A stretch of 37,795 nt of DNA from Deltaproteobacteria bacterium. GTDB taxonomy: Bacteria > Desulfobacterota > Desulfarculia > Adiutricales > Adiutricaceae. This document shows, in pieces, positions 34,796 through 37,795 of this stretch. Position numbers and translations under genes: made by a program. Every line of letters begins with the position of its first letter. The first letter of the stretch is position 1. The stretch spans positions 1 to 37,795 of the forward strand of contig JAITJB010000028.1 of NCBI GenBank assembly GCA_031279155.1. The letters run 5' to 3'. The notes below the pieces were generated by a model. It was not told the origin of the DNA, searched no databases, and saw nothing but the letters and a program-made list of their open reading frames with translations.

Positions 34796-35344
34796 CGTTT
34801 CCCGCAGAAAAAAGTTTTAACTGACCGCGCAAATGTCGGGAAGCGCAATTATCCACCCCACAATTTAATTTCGGTGATCGAAATCTTCGCCGCCCAAGCC
34901 CTTGCTTTTGCTTTGGGGCATTGCGGTACGCTCGCGTTATCTCTAGATATCTATATTTTCCACTTTGATGGCTATATTGCGGTTGCGGCATCTATAATCA
35001 GCCTTCTAATCCATATACGCGTGCCCAAGCGACCTCGCCTTCCGAACCCCTGGTCGAGAGCCCTGGGGAGAAAGTCATCTAAGTGGTTTTGTCGCCAGCT
35101 ACCCGGTGTCGACAACCGGGCTGTTAAATCCGGAGGATTTTCTTTTCGGAGCTGGCGCCTCTGACTAAAGAAAATCAGAGGTAGTTTGCCGACGGCTGCC
35201 CCAGGGGGGGCCAGCCCGCTAATGTCGAGGTGGGGGCTTACCTGATCGATAGTCGGTCAGGGTAGCCCGAAGCCAACCTCCGGCCGTTGATGATCCCTGG
35301 CTGGAGTTATTTTTAAGCATTCCAAAATACGGAGGAATCGTTTT
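34796..35344 (+). promoter_or_regulatory. Long (~550 nt) structured 5' leader of fhs; candidate attenuator or riboswitch of unknown class
   Basis: The region has no credible ORF. Several helices can be read directly: 35093-35100/35150-35157 enclosing two inner hairpins, 35158-35164/35175-35181, and a terminator-like hairpin at 35278-35314. Confidence 0.4.
35278..35314 (+). terminator. Terminator-like hairpin with a U-tract, 31 nt upstream of the fhs start codon (possible attenuator)
   Basis: ctccggcc (35278-35285) pairs with ggctggag (35299-35306) for 8 bp, including one G-U pair. It is followed by ttattttt (35307-35314). The fhs RBS GGAGGA lies at 35331-35336. Confidence 0.4.
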
Positions 35345-37123
35345 ATGGCTTTGAACTGGCAGGAATTGACCGCTAAGGGCGCCAAGGACTATGAAATCGC
35401 TGAAGCAGCTGAGAAGGAACTACTCAAGATTAAAGAGGTTGCCGGAAAAATGGGCCTCACAGAGGATGAAGTCCTTCCCTATGGTCACTACATCGCCAAG
35501 ATCGATTACGCTAGGGCTCTGAGTCGCTTGGCCGACAAGCCCAATGGCAAGTACATCGATGTGACCGCCATCACCCCGACCCCGCTGGGCGAAGGAAAAT
35601 CCACCACCACCATGGGCTTGGTCCAGGGCATGGGCAAAAGGAACCTAAGCGTTACAGCCGCTATACGTCAGCCCTCAGGTGGTCCGACCATGAACATCAA
35701 GGGCTCTGCCGCCGGCGGTGGTATGAGCCAGTGCGTGCCTTTGACCCCCTTCTCCTTGGGTCTGACTGGCGACATCAACGCCATCATGAACGCCCACAAC
35801 CTGGGCATGGTGGCCTTAAACTCCCGCATGCAGCATGAGCGCAACTATGACGATGAGGCCTTAGCTAAACGCGGACTTAAACGCCTTGACGTCGACCCCA
35901 CCAGGGTAGAGTTTGGCTTCATTTTGGACTTCGCCGCCCAGTGCTTGCGCAAGATCATCATCGGCTTAGGCGGCAAGCAAGATGGTTACCTGATGGAGTC
36001 CAAGTTCGGCATCGCCGTCAGCTCCGAGATTATGGCCATCTTGGCCGTGGCCGCTGACCTCAAAGACCTGCGGGCCAGGTTGGGCCGCATCGTCGTGGCC
36101 TATGACAAGAAGGGTAAACCCATCACCACCTCGGATCTAGACGTGGCTGGCGCCATGACCGCCTGGATGGTCGAGGCCCTTAACCCCAACTTGCTCCAGA
36201 CCCTCGAAGGCCAGCCCTGCTTCGTCCACGCTGGCCCCTTCGCCAACATCGCCATTGGCCAGAGCTCCATCGTGGCTGACCGCTTGGCCCTCAAATTGGC
36301 CGACTATCACGTCACCGAGTCCGGCTTTGCCGCTGACATCGGTTTTGAGAAGTTCTGGAACCTTAAGTGTCGCTACTCTGGCCTTATTCCCAACGCCGCT
36401 GTCATCGTGGCTACGGTCAGGGCCCTTAAGTGCCACGGCGGCGCTCCCATTCCGACCCCGGGTAAACCGCTCCCGGCCGAGTACAAAGAGCCCAATGTCG
36501 GCCAGGTCGTCAAGGGTTGCGAGAACTTGGTCCATCACGTTAAAGTTGTCAAGAAGTCCGGTATCAGCCCGGTCGTCTGCATCAACTCCTTTGTTACCGA
36601 CACTCCCGATGAGATTGCCGCTATCCGTAAGGCCTGTGAAGAAGCTGGCGCCCGCGTGGCCGTAAGCGATCACTGGCTCAAAGGTGGCGAGGGCGCCCTA
36701 GAGTTGGCCGATGCCGTTAAAGATGCCTGCAACGACACCCCCAACTTCAAGTTCCTTTACGATCTCGACCAGCCCCTCAAGGATAGGGTCGAAATCATCG
36801 CCAAGGAAGTCTACGGCGCCGACGGTGTGGACTATAACCCCGATGCTCTCAAGAAGCTTGAAGGTTTCCAAAATGACCCGGCTACCGCTAAGTTGGGTCT
36901 ATGCATGGTTAAAACCCATCTGTCGCTGTCTGACAACCCCACCATCAAGGGCGTGCCTAAGGGGTGGAAGCTGTTTGTCCGCGACGTGTTGATCTACGCC
37001 GGAGCTGGATTCGTGGTACCGGTGGCCGGAGCTATCACCTTGATGCCAGGTACAGCTTCTGACCCCGCCTACCGCCGCGTCGACGTGGACACCGAGACCG
37101 GAAAGGTCAAAGGTCTGTTCTAG
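35345..37123 (+). CDS. fhs: Formate--tetrahydrofolate ligase
   Basis: It has the hallmark nucleotide-binding motif [13 protein letters not shown] and is FTHFS-like throughout. It shows strong C/G-ending codon usage. Confidence 0.95.
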   Translation: MALNWQELTAKGAKDYEIAEAAEKELLKIKEVAGKMGLTEDEVLPYGHYIAKIDYARALSRLADKPNGKYIDVTAITPTPLGEGKSTTTMGLVQGMGKRNLSVTAAIRQPSGGPTMNIKGSAAGGGMSQCVPLTPFSLGLTGDINAIMNAHNLGMVALNSRMQHERNYDDEALAKRGLKRLDVDPTRVEFGFILDFAAQCLRKIIIGLGGKQDGYLMESKFGIAVSSEIMAILAVAADLKDLRARLGRIVVAYDKKGKPITTSDLDVAGAMTAWMVEALNPNLLQTLEGQPCFVHAGPFANIAIGQSSIVADRLALKLADYHVTESGFAADIGFEKFWNLKCRYSGLIPNAAVIVATVRALKCHGGAPIPTPGKPLPAEYKEPNVGQVVKGCENLVHHVKVVKKSGISPVVCINSFVTDTPDEIAAIRKACEEAGARVAVSDHWLKGGEGALELADAVKDACNDTPNFKFLYDLDQPLKDRVEIIAKEVYGADGVDYNPDALKKLEGFQNDPATAKLGLCMVKTHLSLSDNPTIKGVPKGWKLFVRDVLIYAGAGFVVPVAGAITLMPGTASDPAYRRVDVDTETGKVKGLF

Positions 37124-37175
37124 TTCAGTCCGTTCTAGCCGCCGTATTAGTGCCAGGCGGCAGCTTCGTGTGCGC

Positions 37176-37216
37176 AAAAACCGCCGCTCCTCTCACCCAA
37201 GGGGCGGCGGTTTTAT
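37176..37216 (+). terminator. Rho-independent terminator after fhs
   Basis: The sequence is aaaaa-ccgccgc(tcc)...(ggg)gcggcgg-ttttattt. Confidence 0.75.
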
Positions 37217-37409
37217 TTGTTCTTAAGCTTTTATCAAAAATACCCTCTATCCCCTAAGAGAAAAAAAGAAGAGCCAGGAAAAAACGATCTTAACCGTTCC
37301 ATCCTGGCTCATAGTTGGAGAGTATTGTTAATGTTTAGACTTTAAACTTTGTTAAAATAGTGGAAAACCAATAAGAATTCCTCCTCTATATACGAGCCAA
37401 AGAGGAGAC

Positions 37410-37795
37410 TTAACGTAGCCTCGGGCTAGGGGGAGGTATATTTTCTTCCTCCGATTTTGTCGGGGCCGGCTCTTTGATTTGTTCCTGAGTCGGCTCTTTG
37501 GTTTGTTCCGTATCCGGCTTTTTGATTATCACTCTCATCGGGTCTTGGTCAGGGAAAGCCCAGGCCGTTATGGCTCTCTTTTCATCATTTACTACCAGCC
37601 CGAGCAATACGGGATTTCTATATCCCCCTCCGTAGTTTTTCTCCTTTATTTGATCAGCGGCTACCTTGGCCAAATCAAGGTCTTTATCTTTATTTATGTC
37701 TATGTCTTGTTTATGACTGATTTTCATCTCGATAACCCAGGTTTGGCCGGCGAATTCGAGAACGAAATCAGATCTTCCCAAATTTCCATGTTCCT
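37410..37795 (-). CDS. PD-(D/E)xK nuclease-fold domain protein (C-terminal part; N-terminus lies outside the window)
   Basis: The frame is open to the window edge; the track's 'M' at 37781 is a TTG in an uninterrupted frame. The segment DFVLEF...WVIEMKIS...QIKEKNYGGGY resembles the C-terminal PD-(D/E)xK module of AAA-ATPase-like proteins. It ends in a low-complexity T/E/Q/K/P tail. Confidence 0.55.
   Translation of the reverse strand, partial: EHGNLGRSDFVLEFAGQTWVIEMKISHKQDIDINKDKDLDLAKVAADQIKEKNYGGGYRNPVLLGLVVNDEKRAITAWAFPDQDPMRVIIKKPDTEQTKEPTQEQIKEPAPTKSEEENIPPPSPRLR

Noticed and set aside
34749-35164. ORFs 34749-34991 (minus, 80 aa) and 34874-35164 (plus, 96 aa) in the fhs leader.
   Set aside because: They have no RBS, and the plus-strand ORF (34874-35164) starts at a non-ATG (GTG) codon. 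Their composition is highly basic or low-complexity. One runs antisense through the promoter. The region is better explained as non-coding structured RNA.
34796-35344. Assigning the fhs leader to a known RNA class (ZTP/pfl, THF-I/II, glycine, ykkC-type, SAH, Moco, RNase P, tmRNA, SRP).
   Set aside because: I compared it from memory with the conserved cores (e.g. GGGUCGUGACUGGCG...CCGCCUGGGCA for ZTP, GGUCCGAGAG...GCCCGGGAGA for ykkC, GAGGAAAGUCCGGGC for RNase P). Only short partial resemblances turned up, in the wrong order or spacing. A covariance-model search is needed.

Overview
This is a 37.8-kb bacterial chromosomal segment of mixed housekeeping and accessory content. All calls come from reading the supplied ORF translations and the DNA by eye; no searches or computations were run.

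Gene content, left to right:
- Minus strand: a TerD / UppP / Zn-ribbon-YbjQ / TerD envelope-stress cluster.
- Minus strand: a tightly coupled five-gene amino-sugar-type modification operon (SDR epimerase/dehydratase, DegT aminotransferase, two SAM methyltransferases, an AsnB-like enzyme lacking the N-terminal Cys).
- A repeat-rich intergenic region followed by a small XRE regulator and priA (plus strand).
- A visibly AT-rich insertion with a transposase-like gene.
- Minus strand: a nine-gene operon that is the most unusual system here. It encodes a Tat-signal solute-binding protein, two permeases, two different MalK-type ATPases, a glutamine-synthetase-like ligase, a C45 Ntn-hydrolase, a radical-SAM/SPASM enzyme and a cytoplasmic molybdopterin oxidoreductase.
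- A 2.3-kb gene-poor, partly AT-rich region with two small ORFs, repeats and a strand switch.
- Plus strand, housekeeping: DUF1015, ispE, tRNA-Gln, prs, rplY/ctc, a nitroreductase and a PatB/MalY-type C-S lyase.
- fhs, preceded by a near-consensus promoter and a ~550-nt structured leader that ends in a terminator-like hairpin.
- A partial PD-(D/E)xK gene at the right edge.

Short-period tandem repeats recur both in intergenic DNA and inside coding regions. No CRISPR array, rRNA or recognisable defence system was seen.
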